Positions 1 through 10,171 of a stretch of 64,000 nt of DNA are shown here, in pieces. The notes below the pieces were generated by a model that saw only the letters and a list, made by a program, of their open reading frames with translations, ran no database searches and was not told the origin of the DNA. How positions within the stretch are numbered: the stretch's first letter is position 1; each line of letters starts with the position of its first letter. Location: NCBI GenBank assembly GCA_025454375.1, contig JALOOO010000007.1, positions 908 to 64,907 of the forward strand, read 5' to 3'. Source of the DNA: Leptolyngbya sp. Prado105. GTDB taxonomy: Bacteria; Cyanobacteriota; Cyanobacteriia; Leptolyngbyales; Leptolyngbyaceae. The translations under genes and the position numbers were made by a program.

Positions 1-1618
1 GTGCCGCTTGTTGTTTTGCATCTTTCTCTTTTTGCTGTGCTTGTTGATATTGCTGCTGCGCTGTTTTTTCCTTTTCCTGGGTTTGAGTCAGTCGCTCTGT
101 CAATTGTTGACTCTCGATCGCTAACCCGTCTTTCTGTTTCCTAGTTTCCTGCATTTCCGTTTCTGCTGTCTTACGAGCGTCCTCTGCCCGAAATGAACTC
201 GGAACCGCGATCGCTGCCACCCCAACCGCCCCCACAATCCCCATCAAACTGATCAAATTCCGCCGATTCGCCTTCCGAGTCGCTGTTGCTAACTCTTGTT
301 CCGCCTTCTCCCGCGCCTCCGTCAAAATCTGATTCGCCTCCTGCTCAGCAGCAAGCGATCGCTGATTTGCTTCTAGGGCTTCTCGTTGTTCCAAATCCAC
401 TGAATTCTGAATAAATAGCACTTCTTCTTGTGCCAACCGAGGCTGTCGCATTGTCCATTCTCTTGCCTCGCTCAAAGCTTGCCCCCGCAGCAGTCGAGAA
501 TCATCACGATCGCGCTCCCAAGCCAACAACTGTTCCGAAAACGGTCGCAGCTTCTCCATCTCCCGCCGCACCCATTCCGCATCAAACCGCGTCTGATAAA
601 TCCGGTTATACCCCCGCAGCACACCCTCTCGCAGCACCACTAACCCACTCAACCGCAGCGCCAACTGCTCTGGTGCATCCTCCGCCTCAATCTCTCCCCG
701 CCGCAAAATCTCCTGATAAATTCCCAACCGCTCCCGTCGCTGCTGCTCAGAACATTGCAAAACTCGATCGCGAATCGTCCGCAAATGCGCCTGTTCATCG
801 ATCGCCTTCGCATCCAAAATCTGCGTCTCAATCAAACCTTGAACATCCGTCGAACCATTCTCAACGACTAACTTACACACCCGCTGCGTCAAAAACGGCT
901 GCCCGCCCGTCCAAGCCAAAATCTCTGGCATCACCCCCGCTGCACTTCCTAATCCCGCAGCTAACGGAGCCACCTCCGCCTCAGTAAACCCCGTTAAATC
1001 GATCGCCCGACCAATATTAAACGGCGTGCGCGTCTTATCCTGAATCAACTCCGAAGGAGTCGCCACGCCAAACAACGCAAACGTCACCCGCTCATACTGC
1101 GGCTGATCCACCCGCAAGTTATAGCAAGCCCGAATAAACGCAAAAAAATCATCAATGGGAAACTTCAAACTCAGCACACTATCGATCTCATCCACAAAGA
1201 TCGCAATATTGCCCGCAAGCTCATCAAGTAACCAAACAATCAACAACCCCAACCGCTCCACAGGCGGCAAAAAATCCTGCTCCTTCCACCAACTTCGCAA
1301 CTTAAAGCGATCGCTCAATCCCAACCCACTCAAAAGCTGCCGCGCCACTCCCGCATACCACTGCTCAACCGTCGTACTCTGACTGCCAATTGCCGTAATT
1401 TCGATCGCCGCACAAGCCACCCCCTCTGCTTGCAGCCTTTGCATCGTCCTCATCCGCAAACTCGACTTCCCCATCTGCCGCGAATTCAGCACATAGCAAA
1501 ACTCCCCCGCCTTCAGACCCGCATACAGTTCTGCATCCGCCTGCCGCGTCACATAAGCCGGACTATCCCCCGGCAACGTCCCCCCAACCTGATAAAAACT
1601 AGAATTTGGCATCGTCAT
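1..1618 (-). CDS. AAA_35 (AAA-like/STAND-type) ATPase with TM helix and coiled coil; partial, continues off the left edge (homologues often end in WD40 repeats)
   Basis: Not in ORF track. Minus-strand translation from ATG 1618: [53 protein letters not shown] (Walker A-like), IFVDEID (Walker B), hydrophobic [20 protein letters not shown] (about 200-259), then a Q/E/K-rich coiled coil. The segments read at both ends are in the same frame. Start overlaps the upstream stop (ATGA). Confidence 0.9.
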   Translation of the reverse strand, partial: MTMPNSSFYQVGGTLPGDSPAYVTRQADAELYAGLKAGEFCYVLNSRQMGKSSLRMRTMQRLQAEGVACAAIEITAIGSQSTTVEQWYAGVARQLLSGLGLSDRFKLRSWWKEQDFLPPVERLGLLIVWLLDELAGNIAIFVDEIDSVLSLKFPIDDFFAFIRACYNLRVDQPQYERVTFALFGVATPSELIQDKTRTPFNIGRAIDLTGFTEAEVAPLAAGLGSAAGVMPEILAWTGGQPFLTQRVCKLVVENGSTDVQGLIETQILDAKAIDEQAHLRTIRDRVLQCSEQQRRERLGIYQEILRRGEIEAEDAPEQLALRLSGLVVLREGVLRGYNRIYQTRFDAEWVRREMEKLRPFSEQLLAWERDRDDSRLLRGQALSEAREWTMRQPRLAQEEVLFIQNSVDLEQREALEANQRSLAAEQEANQILTEAREKAEQELATATRKANRRNLISLMGIVGAVGVAAIAVPSSFRAEDARKTAETEMQETRKQKDGLAIESQQLTERLTQTQEKEKTAQQQYQQAQQKEKDAKQQAA

Positions 1619-2244
1619 GACTGCGATCGCTCCATCTGTGACACTACCCATCCCAAGTGCTTCATAATTTTCAGCACTCGTCCAATATCCTCCTGATTTC
1701 TCAAGTAAAAATCATCTGATTCTGCATACTCCTGACCCAGCACTTTAATGAACCGAAAATTAATGCCATTCGTCACTAAACCGAATGTCGGTTGACCTGC
1801 CACTGGATTTGCCAGCATGTAAGTCAAAGCTTGGGGTTTCGCCGCTTCCAAAGAAAACGTATTCCGTTTCGACTCCACAACTAGCACCCAAAGCTGTCGA
1901 TGTAACACTAAAACATCGATCACACCTCGATAAACCTTGCCCGCGTCTGTTGCTTGGATCTTGATCGTCTTCTCTGCACTGATCCGAAAAGGCTTACGAT
2001 AAAATCCAGCCAGTGAAAGTAAGGGAGAGAGTACAACCATCTTGACCGCATTCTCATGCATGACCTCTTCGCTCTGGTCGAGATAGTTCATCTGAATCTC
2101 TGTCAGTGCAGTTTGCTCCGCTGCACTTAATTCTGGCAATCCGACTTGCCACTCTAAGAAAAAATCGGCTGCTTGAGTCAACCGTAACCCAAACTGCTCA
2201 TGCACCTCGCGCAACGTTAAATCCCGAATCTGAGTCGCTGTCAT
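1615..2244 (-). CDS. HsdR N-terminal-like PD-(D/E)xK nuclease-fold protein
   Basis: Motif GVIDVLV...LVVESKR; [10 protein letters not shown] matches the cyanobacterial 'restriction endonuclease subunit R' family. ATG 2244 has GGAGGA 7 nt upstream (track start 2259). Confidence 0.75.
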   Translation of the reverse strand: MTATQIRDLTLREVHEQFGLRLTQAADFFLEWQVGLPELSAAEQTALTEIQMNYLDQSEEVMHENAVKMVVLSPLLSLAGFYRKPFRISAEKTIKIQATDAGKVYRGVIDVLVLHRQLWVLVVESKRNTFSLEAAKPQALTYMLANPVAGQPTFGLVTNGINFRFIKVLGQEYAESDDFYLRNQEDIGRVLKIMKHLGWVVSQMERSQS

Positions 2245-2274
2245 CGCCTTATCCTCCATCCCTTTCAGTCAACC

Positions 2275-3861
2275 TTATGCCGATCGTAAGCGATCGCGAA
2301 AATACGCCCGATACAACTCACTGCGAAACTGCACATCATTCCCCAGCAGATCCACTAAGCCCATACTATGTAACTGAAACCCCTGCACCGAAGGCAGTCG
2401 CACCGTTCCTTCTGTCGCCACTAACTGCCGAACGGCTGCCGCCAACTCCGGATGCTGTTCTAAATTCCACAAATGCCGTCGTAAATGATCCCCATACAAT
2501 CCCGACTCCGTTGGCGCATTCCGCAGCAATGTTTCGAGCGTCGTATTCTCTCGCTTAACGTGATACAACGCCAACCGAACCAAGTAAGGATGTCCCCCCA
2601 CCATGCCCATCAATCGCCCAATCTGAGAAGTATTCCAGTTCAAGCCATGTCGCCTAGCTAAGTCCTGCACCTGATCCGCCGTGAATTCTAGAAGCTCGAT
2701 CGGTAAGCCCACATTAAACGGCGACTGATTGATATTCATCGGAATATACACTTCCGTCGAATGCACCACCACTAGGCGAAACCGCTTCCAAAGATCGCTA
2801 CTTTTTCCCATCTCATGCCAATTTCGCAGCAGTCCAAAGAAATCTGATGCGATCGACAAATGCTGAAACACCATGTCCACTTCATCCAGACAGAGTGCTA
2901 AAGGCTGATCTAAAGCAGGCAGTAAATACTCCTCAAAATAGGCTGTGCAATTATCCTTACTTCCAAATACCTCATCCCAATACTCATTCAACCGATTTGG
3001 AACTTTTAACCGCCGCCCCACACTTGCCGCAAACCAGCGCAAAAACTGATCCAAATCCCCAAACACAACTGAATCCGCCACCTGAAAACTCAAGGGCACA
3101 CCCAAACATCCTTGCTGTTCTGCATAGCGTAAAATTCTTGCCATCAGCGAAGTCTTGCCCATCTGCCTCGGCGCTTTGATCCGAATCAACGCCCCTGGAG
3201 TGACGATCGCTTCATAACACTGCGCCTCAATCTTGCCCCGCTCCACATAAAACCGTGATGCCAAATCGACCTGTCCCCCCGGCAATTCTGGCTCTGCCAC
3301 AGGTAAAGGCGGCATTTGCACCGATTCTTGCTGCGCGAACTCTTCCGCGATCGTCGGTGAATACAGTTCTTCGAGAGGGTCAAGCGGTTGCTCAACTTTC
3401 CCTTCGCTGAGCAGCGCTAAAATCTCCGCCAAAATTTCAGCAGTATCTTCAACCGTCTGCCATTGCCGTTGCTGAATCCGTTGCTGATAGCCGCGTAAAT
3501 CATAATTTAATGGAGCAGAAATCGGAAAATTCAGCCGAATCGGTAAAATCGTCGGCTTTCCAGTCTGATCGTGCAGTTGTTTTGCCCGTCTGACTTCTTC
3601 TGTGACCATTTCGCTCACGGACGATCGCTCTGACAGCAGCAGCAGAAAATAATCACACTGCAACAGTTCTGCATCAATTCGCTTCGCCCAATCTTCCCCA
3701 AGCCGAATACTTTCCCCTGCCATAAAGGTGCTGTACCCAGCCTCTTCCAGCCCATGATGAAACTCTTGCGCCAAACTCATGTCTGGGTCTTGGCTGCGGT
3801 AGCTAATAAATACTTTGACTTGAGAAAGTGTTGCCTTTTTCTTTTGCGGTGTTCGACTCAT
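2275..3861 (-). CDS. TIR domain + AAA_35 ATPase protein
   Basis: N-terminal VFISYRS...CDYFLLLLSERSSVSEMVTEEV (TIR_2-like); APRQMGKTS Walker A; LCLDEVD Walker B; HSTEVY and GGHPYL motifs typical of AAA_35. Confidence 0.9.
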   Translation of the reverse strand: MSRTPQKKKATLSQVKVFISYRSQDPDMSLAQEFHHGLEEAGYSTFMAGESIRLGEDWAKRIDAELLQCDYFLLLLSERSSVSEMVTEEVRRAKQLHDQTGKPTILPIRLNFPISAPLNYDLRGYQQRIQQRQWQTVEDTAEILAEILALLSEGKVEQPLDPLEELYSPTIAEEFAQQESVQMPPLPVAEPELPGGQVDLASRFYVERGKIEAQCYEAIVTPGALIRIKAPRQMGKTSLMARILRYAEQQGCLGVPLSFQVADSVVFGDLDQFLRWFAASVGRRLKVPNRLNEYWDEVFGSKDNCTAYFEEYLLPALDQPLALCLDEVDMVFQHLSIASDFFGLLRNWHEMGKSSDLWKRFRLVVVHSTEVYIPMNINQSPFNVGLPIELLEFTADQVQDLARRHGLNWNTSQIGRLMGMVGGHPYLVRLALYHVKRENTTLETLLRNAPTESGLYGDHLRRHLWNLEQHPELAAAVRQLVATEGTVRLPSVQGFQLHSMGLVDLLGNDVQFRSELYRAYFRDRLRSA

Positions 3862-4058
3862 CACTCAGAACCGGGGATATTCCTTTTCTCAGAATAATGA
3901 CTTTTCCTGATTCAGTCGAATAAAGCACGCAAGAGTTAATTTTTTAGCGTGCCTGCACTCCTTGAGCGATCGATTGATGAGCTTGGACTTCCGCAGCGGG
4001 AATGGAACCGACTTCACGATAACAATTCAGTTGATGAAAATTTATGGCGATACAATCG

Positions 4059-4733
4059 TTATGCCAGAGTACGGCGGGAAAATCCCCAAGCAAATAGTCC
4101 TGCAATCAAGCTGACCATCAGCCACTCAGGAGGCACTAGAGCGGGAGCAACGACCCGTAACAATAATCGCATTCCTACCAAAGCGACCGCAAGATATCCC
4201 GCACTTTCTAGATGCTCATACTCTTCTAACCATCGAATGAATAACCCTGCTAGAAACCGCAGTGCGATGACTCCGATCGTACCTCCTAGAACGATCAACC
4301 AGAGTTCCTGAGAAATCGCGATCGCGGTCGTTACACTATCTAGCGAGAATGCTAGATCGGTCACTGCAATCAAGGGAATGACTTGCCAGAGCGATCGTGC
4401 TGGCACAATAGAATCAACGCCATCCGTCTGTTGAGTGGCGAAATATTGCCAGGACAGCCACAACAAGTAGAGCGCTCCAGCCAGTTCAAATTGCCAAAAC
4501 TGAACGACCCAAGTGGCACTGACAATTAGGAGCATTCGCAGCACATAGGCAATGCCGAGTCCAATGTCGAGTGCCCGTCGTTCTAGTCTCGTATTCTGTA
4601 ACGATTGGGACAATGCGGCGAGTGCGATCGCATTATCGGCAGATAAAACTGCTTCTAATGCGACTAGCACAATCAGTACAAAGAGGGTTTCAACCCCTAG
4701 ATTAAACGGAGAATTAAAAATCTGATCTAGCAT
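4059..4733 (-). CDS. TerC family integral membrane protein (YkoY-like)
   Basis: LEAVLSADNA and DLAFSLDSV motifs; multiple TM helices. Confidence 0.9.
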   Translation of the reverse strand: MLDQIFNSPFNLGVETLFVLIVLVALEAVLSADNAIALAALSQSLQNTRLERRALDIGLGIAYVLRMLLIVSATWVVQFWQFELAGALYLLWLSWQYFATQQTDGVDSIVPARSLWQVIPLIAVTDLAFSLDSVTTAIAISQELWLIVLGGTIGVIALRFLAGLFIRWLEEYEHLESAGYLAVALVGMRLLLRVVAPALVPPEWLMVSLIAGLFAWGFSRRTLA

Positions 4734-4769
4734 TGCTTCGATTCCATATCTGTGTAATTGAGCAACTGA

Positions 4770-5120
4770 CTAAGCGGGAAACCTAATCAGTTGAGTGATA
4801 TGCCCTGCTCGCCGCCATGCGATGACTCCTCCTTTTAGAACATAGATAGAGTGATATCCTCTCTGAATCAATTGTTGAGCCACCCTAAAACTGCGCTGCC
4901 CAGAAAGACAAGTCACCAAAATTGATTGTGTTTTAGCAATGTCTTTCAATTCAATGTCCAGGTTCAAGCGCTGTGCTTTGGGAAGCATTTTGGTGGCATA
5001 TTTTGGATTCTGCACATCGAGGACAATTAGCTTGTCTAAAAGACTGCTTGCTTCATCCGAACTCAGCAAGATAGGAGAAGACTGAACTCTTGACGATGCA
5101 GGTTTAGGGCGAGATTGCAT
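4770..5120 (-). CDS. Rhodanese-like domain protein
   Basis: IVLDV..., active-site loop CLSGQRS, C-terminal LKGGVIAW. Confidence 0.85.
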   Translation of the reverse strand: MQSRPKPASSRVQSSPILLSSDEASSLLDKLIVLDVQNPKYATKMLPKAQRLNLDIELKDIAKTQSILVTCLSGQRSFRVAQQLIQRGYHSIYVLKGGVIAWRRAGHITQLIRFPA

Positions 5121-5323
5121 GAACTGTTCTCCTGAATTTCAAAGGAATGGGTAGAGTTTTTGGACTAGAGTAAGTGCGATCGCAGCGATGACCAAAGCCA
5201 CGCAATGGTCGTACACCAAATGCTGATAGCAACGCTTGCAGACAAACACAACCGACGTAGTAGCGGATCATTCATTCTCATCATGAGTACCTAGTAAATA
5301 GCAGTGTGAAAAACGCCGTATGG

Positions 5324-6460
5324 CTAAAGAATCGGAGTGGAATACAACTGTTGGTGAATTTCAAAGCCCCGGCTTTGCATTGCGGCTTCAAACATCGGAG
5401 TGGTTAAGGCTTGCTCTGGTGTCCAAACTCCAGACTGCTTAAGATCACCGGATAGTAGAAGTTGCGCGATCGTTCCCGTACCCACTCCCGCCGCTCTAGC
5501 CGTATTTGGATGAAACAAAGTAGAACGACACTGCACCAGTTGCCCATATTTCAACCCGATGACTTCGGATCGAATCGCAACCCCTACGCCACTCAGGAGA
5601 TCGCTGAACCGTGTCATTGCAAAACTTAAGTGTGACAAAAACTCAATCACTCGGTTCGATTGCAGCAACCGAGGATGCCACCGTGCCACACCCCAAGTGA
5701 GATAGTTATAAAAGCGCGGAACCGAACCAAATTTTGTCACGACTGTTCTGACCGGAAATGTATCCGCTAGGGTGAACAATTCTGGCAGATCAAACCAATA
5801 CACGCCTACTTTGCCATAGTGTGGAAACTCAATGACTTCGCGTTTGCTATACGGCTTGACTTGCTCCTGTTTTCCATTGATCTGGGCTTCAAACGGACGC
5901 TGCAACCCTAGAAAAGTAGATCGCATCACCGTTAATCCAGCTCCTCCAGAACCTCCAACCACATAGCTCAGATGAATTTTATGAGCTTGATCAAGTTGTT
6001 CGACATCTCGCCGCACCATACTATTCGAGATTCCTGGAAAAATTCCAGTGTTGAGAATCGCGGTGATGCCTGCGGTTGCCGCTTTTGACTTCAACGCGAT
6101 CGCTTTGCAAGTAAATGAAGGATGATCACTGACATCGACATAGTTTACGCCCGCATCAATGCAAAGCTTCAGAACAATTGCATTGCGATGATGAAAGGGT
6201 CCTGCACAGTGAATAACCAGATCAGATTGTGCGATCTGATCCTGTAGAGCTATCCAATCATCCAAGTAGAGCGGAATGAATCGACAGCGATGAGAACCTG
6301 CTTCCTGTATGGAATGTGTCAACTCTTGGAGCGCTTTTCGCCCCGCTGCTAAATTGCGTCCTGCGATCGTGATTTTAGCTGATGTGTGCTTCAGCAAGTC
6401 TGCGGCAACATTGCGCCCAATACGACCACTTCCACCCAAAATGAGTACGTGTTGTGTCAT
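5324..6460 (-). CDS. Saccharopine dehydrogenase-like NAD(P)-binding oxidoreductase
   Basis: GGSGRIG Rossmann motif, HCAGPF, YVDVSD, NTGIFPGISN. Start placed at MTQHVLILGG (track start 6481). Confidence 0.85.
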   Translation of the reverse strand: MTQHVLILGGSGRIGRNVAADLLKHTSAKITIAGRNLAAGRKALQELTHSIQEAGSHRCRFIPLYLDDWIALQDQIAQSDLVIHCAGPFHHRNAIVLKLCIDAGVNYVDVSDHPSFTCKAIALKSKAATAGITAILNTGIFPGISNSMVRRDVEQLDQAHKIHLSYVVGGSGGAGLTVMRSTFLGLQRPFEAQINGKQEQVKPYSKREVIEFPHYGKVGVYWFDLPELFTLADTFPVRTVVTKFGSVPRFYNYLTWGVARWHPRLLQSNRVIEFLSHLSFAMTRFSDLLSGVGVAIRSEVIGLKYGQLVQCRSTLFHPNTARAAGVGTGTIAQLLLSGDLKQSGVWTPEQALTTPMFEAAMQSRGFEIHQQLYSTPIL

Positions 6461-6544
6461 TTTTTTCCGAAATTTAGACAATAAATTGGTACTTGAAGCG
6501 AGTAAGAAACGGCTTCAAGTCTATGAATTCTGAGAATCTCCTGA

Positions 6545-6784
6545 CTATGCTGCTCTCTGAATTTGGTTGATTGCTCGATCGCTAAAAAACAAAGTGCTGG
6601 ATATCGGTGGTCGAGCCTGATCAAGTTCGATGAGGGAGGAATCGATCCATTCCAACAACGACAAAATAGCAAGCACTAGCAGTACTGAAATCACAGCAGT
6701 AATCTGCCAACGTGATATCCAGCGAATTAGCAAACGCAACCGTGACTGCGCAGATTGAACCGTGCAGCAATTAAAGTTCATCAT
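6545..6784 (-). CDS. Hypothetical small single-TM protein
   Basis: One hydrophobic segment (ITAVISVLLVLAILSLL); no recognisable family; start uncertain. Confidence 0.4.
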   Translation of the reverse strand: MMNFNCCTVQSAQSRLRLLIRWISRWQITAVISVLLVLAILSLLEWIDSSLIELDQARPPISSTLFFSDRAINQIQRAA

Positions 6785-7310
6785 GATGAAGATGCCTAAC
6801 TTAAGCCGAATTGAACCAAGCGGAAATAGCACAACTGAAGCGACATTCAAATCTACGCGAATCAGTTGCCACAAGGCTTTGGCTTAGATTGAAGAAATGA
6901 TTTAACGAAGACAAAACTTGGCTAAACGAACACCGCGAACCAGCAAGATTTGCCTTAACGAAGCGAGAGCAGCTTTTGCTTGACGGTTCTTTCCCAGTGC
7001 CGAGCCGTAAAATGGTCAGGTTTTGAGTTGACAGCAGTGCTTGAATTTTGCTTCAAACATCGGTGAACATCAGCATTCATGTCCTTAAGGGTTATAGTTT
7101 TGACTTTGAGGTAAACATTCTTAACATACCACATTACTGTCAAAAAGCAACCTTTTTTCGGCAAGTCTTTAGCTCAATCGAAGGATTTTGACAGGTAGGG
7201 CAGAAAGTAACTCGAAGACCCCGCCGAGAGTAAGAAACCCAAAACATTTATATGTTTCAACGGCAAAACTTTGATCAAATGACGAATTACCCCCTAGACA
7301 GGCATCATCC

Positions 7311-9035
7311 CTAGCTCCCCGGCTTCAAATAATCCAACAATCGATCGCCCGAATCTGCTCTGACCAATCCCACCGCAATATCCGGCAACACTCGCCGACT
7401 CGGAAACACCAAATAGCGCGGCTCCCACCTCGGGCGAAACTTCTCCTTAAACTGATGCAATCCCTTAAAGTTATAAAACTGATTCAAATGCTCAAAGAAG
7501 TAATGCAATCCCTTCTCCACCCGCTGAGCATCTGCCGCCTCTCCCACCCCAGCTAAAGGCGACAAACTAAAATTAAAACTGTCATACCCCTCTTGCTGAA
7601 AATGCTTTAGCATCTCTGCAAACAGAAAATCCATCGTGCCTTTCTCAGCGCGATCGACATGTCGCATCAAATCCACAGTTACTTCCTTGCGATTGTAGCC
7701 AGAAAGTAAATTAGAAAACGCGATCGCGTCTCCATTGCCATCTTCAATCACGGCAATATGGCATCCTTTCAAATACTCAGGATTAAACCAGCCGATCGAA
7801 AACTGCTTTTCTGAACCTTGCTTTGACTTTAACCATTCATCACTCACGGGTTTGAGTCTTGCAATTAAGCGATCGTCGATCGGAGGAGCATAAACCTGAA
7901 GCTGATACCCCGCTTTTGAGAGCTTATTAATTGCGGTTCTAAAGTCTTGATTTGCTTTTCCTTTCAAGTTAAAAGTACGCAGATCAATGATTGCTTCTTC
8001 GCCAATCTGTACCCAGCGGTAGCCTAAAGACTGATAGAGCGGCAATGTCTCAGGTAGCACTTCGTAAAATGTCGGAAACCAATCATTTTGATGGCAAAAC
8101 TCTCGAAAGCTCACAATTGCTTCTTTACGATCGTCACTGTGCCCGATCGGATCGCCCAAAGTAATCGCAGCCCGACCCTTTGCAACATAGGCAATCACGC
8201 TTTTACCGGATGGGCTAAAGTAGTAAGACTTGTCGGGGAGTAACGACAATCGAGCGAGCGAAGTCTGACCATACTCATCAATAATCTGACGAGCTTTCTT
8301 ACGATCGAATAACGTTGCGGGATCACCTCGGAGTAACACCGGACGCAGCAACATCAACAAGGCATAAGTCATCGTGACTAACCCGACCGCATAGATCGAA
8401 TGGGCAAAGAAATCGCCATAGCGTCTAGATGGCTCTAACCCAGCATTATCTGCTGTAAAAAACATCGCAAGCGTCTGCCAAATCGCCTGCTTGAAACTGA
8501 AATTAATCGGCTGTCCACTGACCTTAAAGTAACCATCGAGCCAATAAAACCCGATCGTGCCGTAAGCCAAAGTAAATAGAATTGCAACAACTAGCGCTCG
8601 AATCCCTTGCGCGATCGAAGGCGGATCGGATTTTGCCGTATAAACCTTTCTCAAGACAATCAGTTGAATCAATAAAATCATTGCTAAAGTACTTTCTTCA
8701 ATATCAAAGCCTTTAATCAAATGGCTCAAAATTGACAGAATGAGCAATCCAACGGTGAGGTACCAAGCCACCTTTTTTCGTCTGAGTAAATTCGCAGCTA
8801 AAGTTAGTAAAATAAACCCGGATAATGCCGCAAATAAATGTCCTCCAGCCCGAACCGAGAAGGGCAGAAAATGCTTCAGCCAAGCCGTCCGCTCAGGATA
8901 GCTCGGCGCGATCGCAGAAATCAAATTCACCCCTCCCATCACAGCCGTCAAGATCGCGGTCGATCCAATCCCGAAGCGAGTTTTGCGATCGACATTTCCC
9001 TCAATAGTTTTACGGCTTGAAAAGAACTGCTGCAT
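7311..9035 (-). CDS. mprF: Aminoacyl-phosphatidylglycerol synthase, MprF/LPG_synthase_C (DUF2156) family, short membrane domain
   Basis: About 6 TM helices then a cytosolic domain with DKSYYF, GDPIG, GEEAIIDL, FSIGWF, VDLMRH, FYNFKGL..FKEKFRPRWEPRYL. ATG 9035 lies 4 nt after the esterase stop. Confidence 0.85.
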   Translation of the reverse strand: MQQFFSSRKTIEGNVDRKTRFGIGSTAILTAVMGGVNLISAIAPSYPERTAWLKHFLPFSVRAGGHLFAALSGFILLTLAANLLRRKKVAWYLTVGLLILSILSHLIKGFDIEESTLAMILLIQLIVLRKVYTAKSDPPSIAQGIRALVVAILFTLAYGTIGFYWLDGYFKVSGQPINFSFKQAIWQTLAMFFTADNAGLEPSRRYGDFFAHSIYAVGLVTMTYALLMLLRPVLLRGDPATLFDRKKARQIIDEYGQTSLARLSLLPDKSYYFSPSGKSVIAYVAKGRAAITLGDPIGHSDDRKEAIVSFREFCHQNDWFPTFYEVLPETLPLYQSLGYRWVQIGEEAIIDLRTFNLKGKANQDFRTAINKLSKAGYQLQVYAPPIDDRLIARLKPVSDEWLKSKQGSEKQFSIGWFNPEYLKGCHIAVIEDGNGDAIAFSNLLSGYNRKEVTVDLMRHVDRAEKGTMDFLFAEMLKHFQQEGYDSFNFSLSPLAGVGEAADAQRVEKGLHYFFEHLNQFYNFKGLHQFKEKFRPRWEPRYLVFPSRRVLPDIAVGLVRADSGDRLLDYLKPGS

Positions 9036-9039
9036 GGGG

Positions 9040-9993
9040 TTAAAAGTGTTGATGTTTTTTCTGGGTATGAACATGCTGAAACTGTCGCCCAACAAAACTG
9101 AGTGAATCGATTAAATGCTTTCTCCAATAGTTCCACCCTACATCTTGACCCACAATTCCATGCCCTCCAGGAAATACACGAAGTTCATTGTAAATTCCTA
9201 AACGATCGAGGACTTTGTGAAAATCGCGAGTCGCATCAAGATATTTCTCATCACTTTCGCCTGCATCAAGATAGGCTCGAATTCGTTGACGCTCAGCTTT
9301 GGGAATCTCTACAACAAACATCTGTGGGCTATTCTGCTCCCCACTATTATCGATAAAGTATCCAGTATGGCTAAAGAAAATTGTGAATTTGTCTAAGTTC
9401 TTCAATCCAATATTAAACGCGCCCCAAGCTCCTGAAGACAGTCCGCCCATTGCCCAATAGTGCGAGTCTTCGATCGTCCGAAACTGCTCCTTCACTTCCT
9501 CGACTAAATCTTCAGCAATATACGTTGCAACCTTGCCATTCACCCCATCAAAATAGTCAGAATCCCAAAATGGACTCGTTCCACGATTGTCATTGCCATC
9601 GGGCATGATGATCAAAGCCGCAGGCAGGAGTTTCTTCTGGTAGAGAGCTTTGAGTGTTGCAGTGATCCCGGCTTTTTCGTAGTAATCTCGTTCGTCTCCA
9701 TGTCCGCCATGCAGCAGAAAGATGACAGGATAACGCCGTTTTGGATGCTTTTCATAACCGGGTGGCAAAATCACTCCGTATCGTCGCTGCTCTGCCATCG
9801 CATCACTGTAAAAGCTTCTGACTTGAAAAGTTAGCCCAGCAACTTCTTCGATCGGGGGCGTATCTAACTGAGGCGCACCTGCGATAAAGACGTACCAATA
9901 ACCAATCGCTCCTAACATTGAAAGCACGATCGCGCTGACAATCAACACAGAGGTTCGGATTTTTTTACCTTTCGGCTTAAAAGTTAACGGCAT
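9040..9993 (-). CDS. Membrane-anchored alpha/beta hydrolase, putative esterase family (Fes/antigen-85-like)
   Basis: N-terminal basic plus hydrophobic anchor; YPVIFLLHG, nucleophile GLSSG, DAGESD, C-terminal GGHG. Confidence 0.85.
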   Translation of the reverse strand: MPLTFKPKGKKIRTSVLIVSAIVLSMLGAIGYWYVFIAGAPQLDTPPIEEVAGLTFQVRSFYSDAMAEQRRYGVILPPGYEKHPKRRYPVIFLLHGGHGDERDYYEKAGITATLKALYQKKLLPAALIIMPDGNDNRGTSPFWDSDYFDGVNGKVATYIAEDLVEEVKEQFRTIEDSHYWAMGGLSSGAWGAFNIGLKNLDKFTIFFSHTGYFIDNSGEQNSPQMFVVEIPKAERQRIRAYLDAGESDEKYLDATRDFHKVLDRLGIYNELRVFPGGHGIVGQDVGWNYWRKHLIDSLSFVGRQFQHVHTQKKHQHF

Positions 9994-10171
9994 ATGTAAA
10001 AGCGAATACTCACTTTTTTGATGAGTGTTTTTTTGATGACTGTACTGCGAAGGAGCGAGAAGCAGCGTATTCTAAATTGCTTTCGTAGTAAATACAGATT
10101 CACCTTCCGATTTCCAGAGTCTAATTGGGGCGATTGCGTTATAACACACAGTAGGAGATTGGGAGAAATTC

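Noticed and set aside
428-1696. Plus-strand ORFs 428-643, 430-987, 1155-1382 and 1430-1696
   Set aside because: They are antisense shadows of the minus-strand AAA_35 gene, with low-complexity Pro/Ser-rich translations.
6955-7164. 69-aa ORF in the 6875-7310 gap
   Set aside because: No SD, motif or convincing composition; no alternative small ORF or RNA structure stood out.
10014-10039. TTTTTTGATGA repeated at 15-nt spacing in the esterase/GH76 divergent region
   Set aside because: Low-complexity 11-mer in AT-rich DNA; cannot be distinguished from chance.
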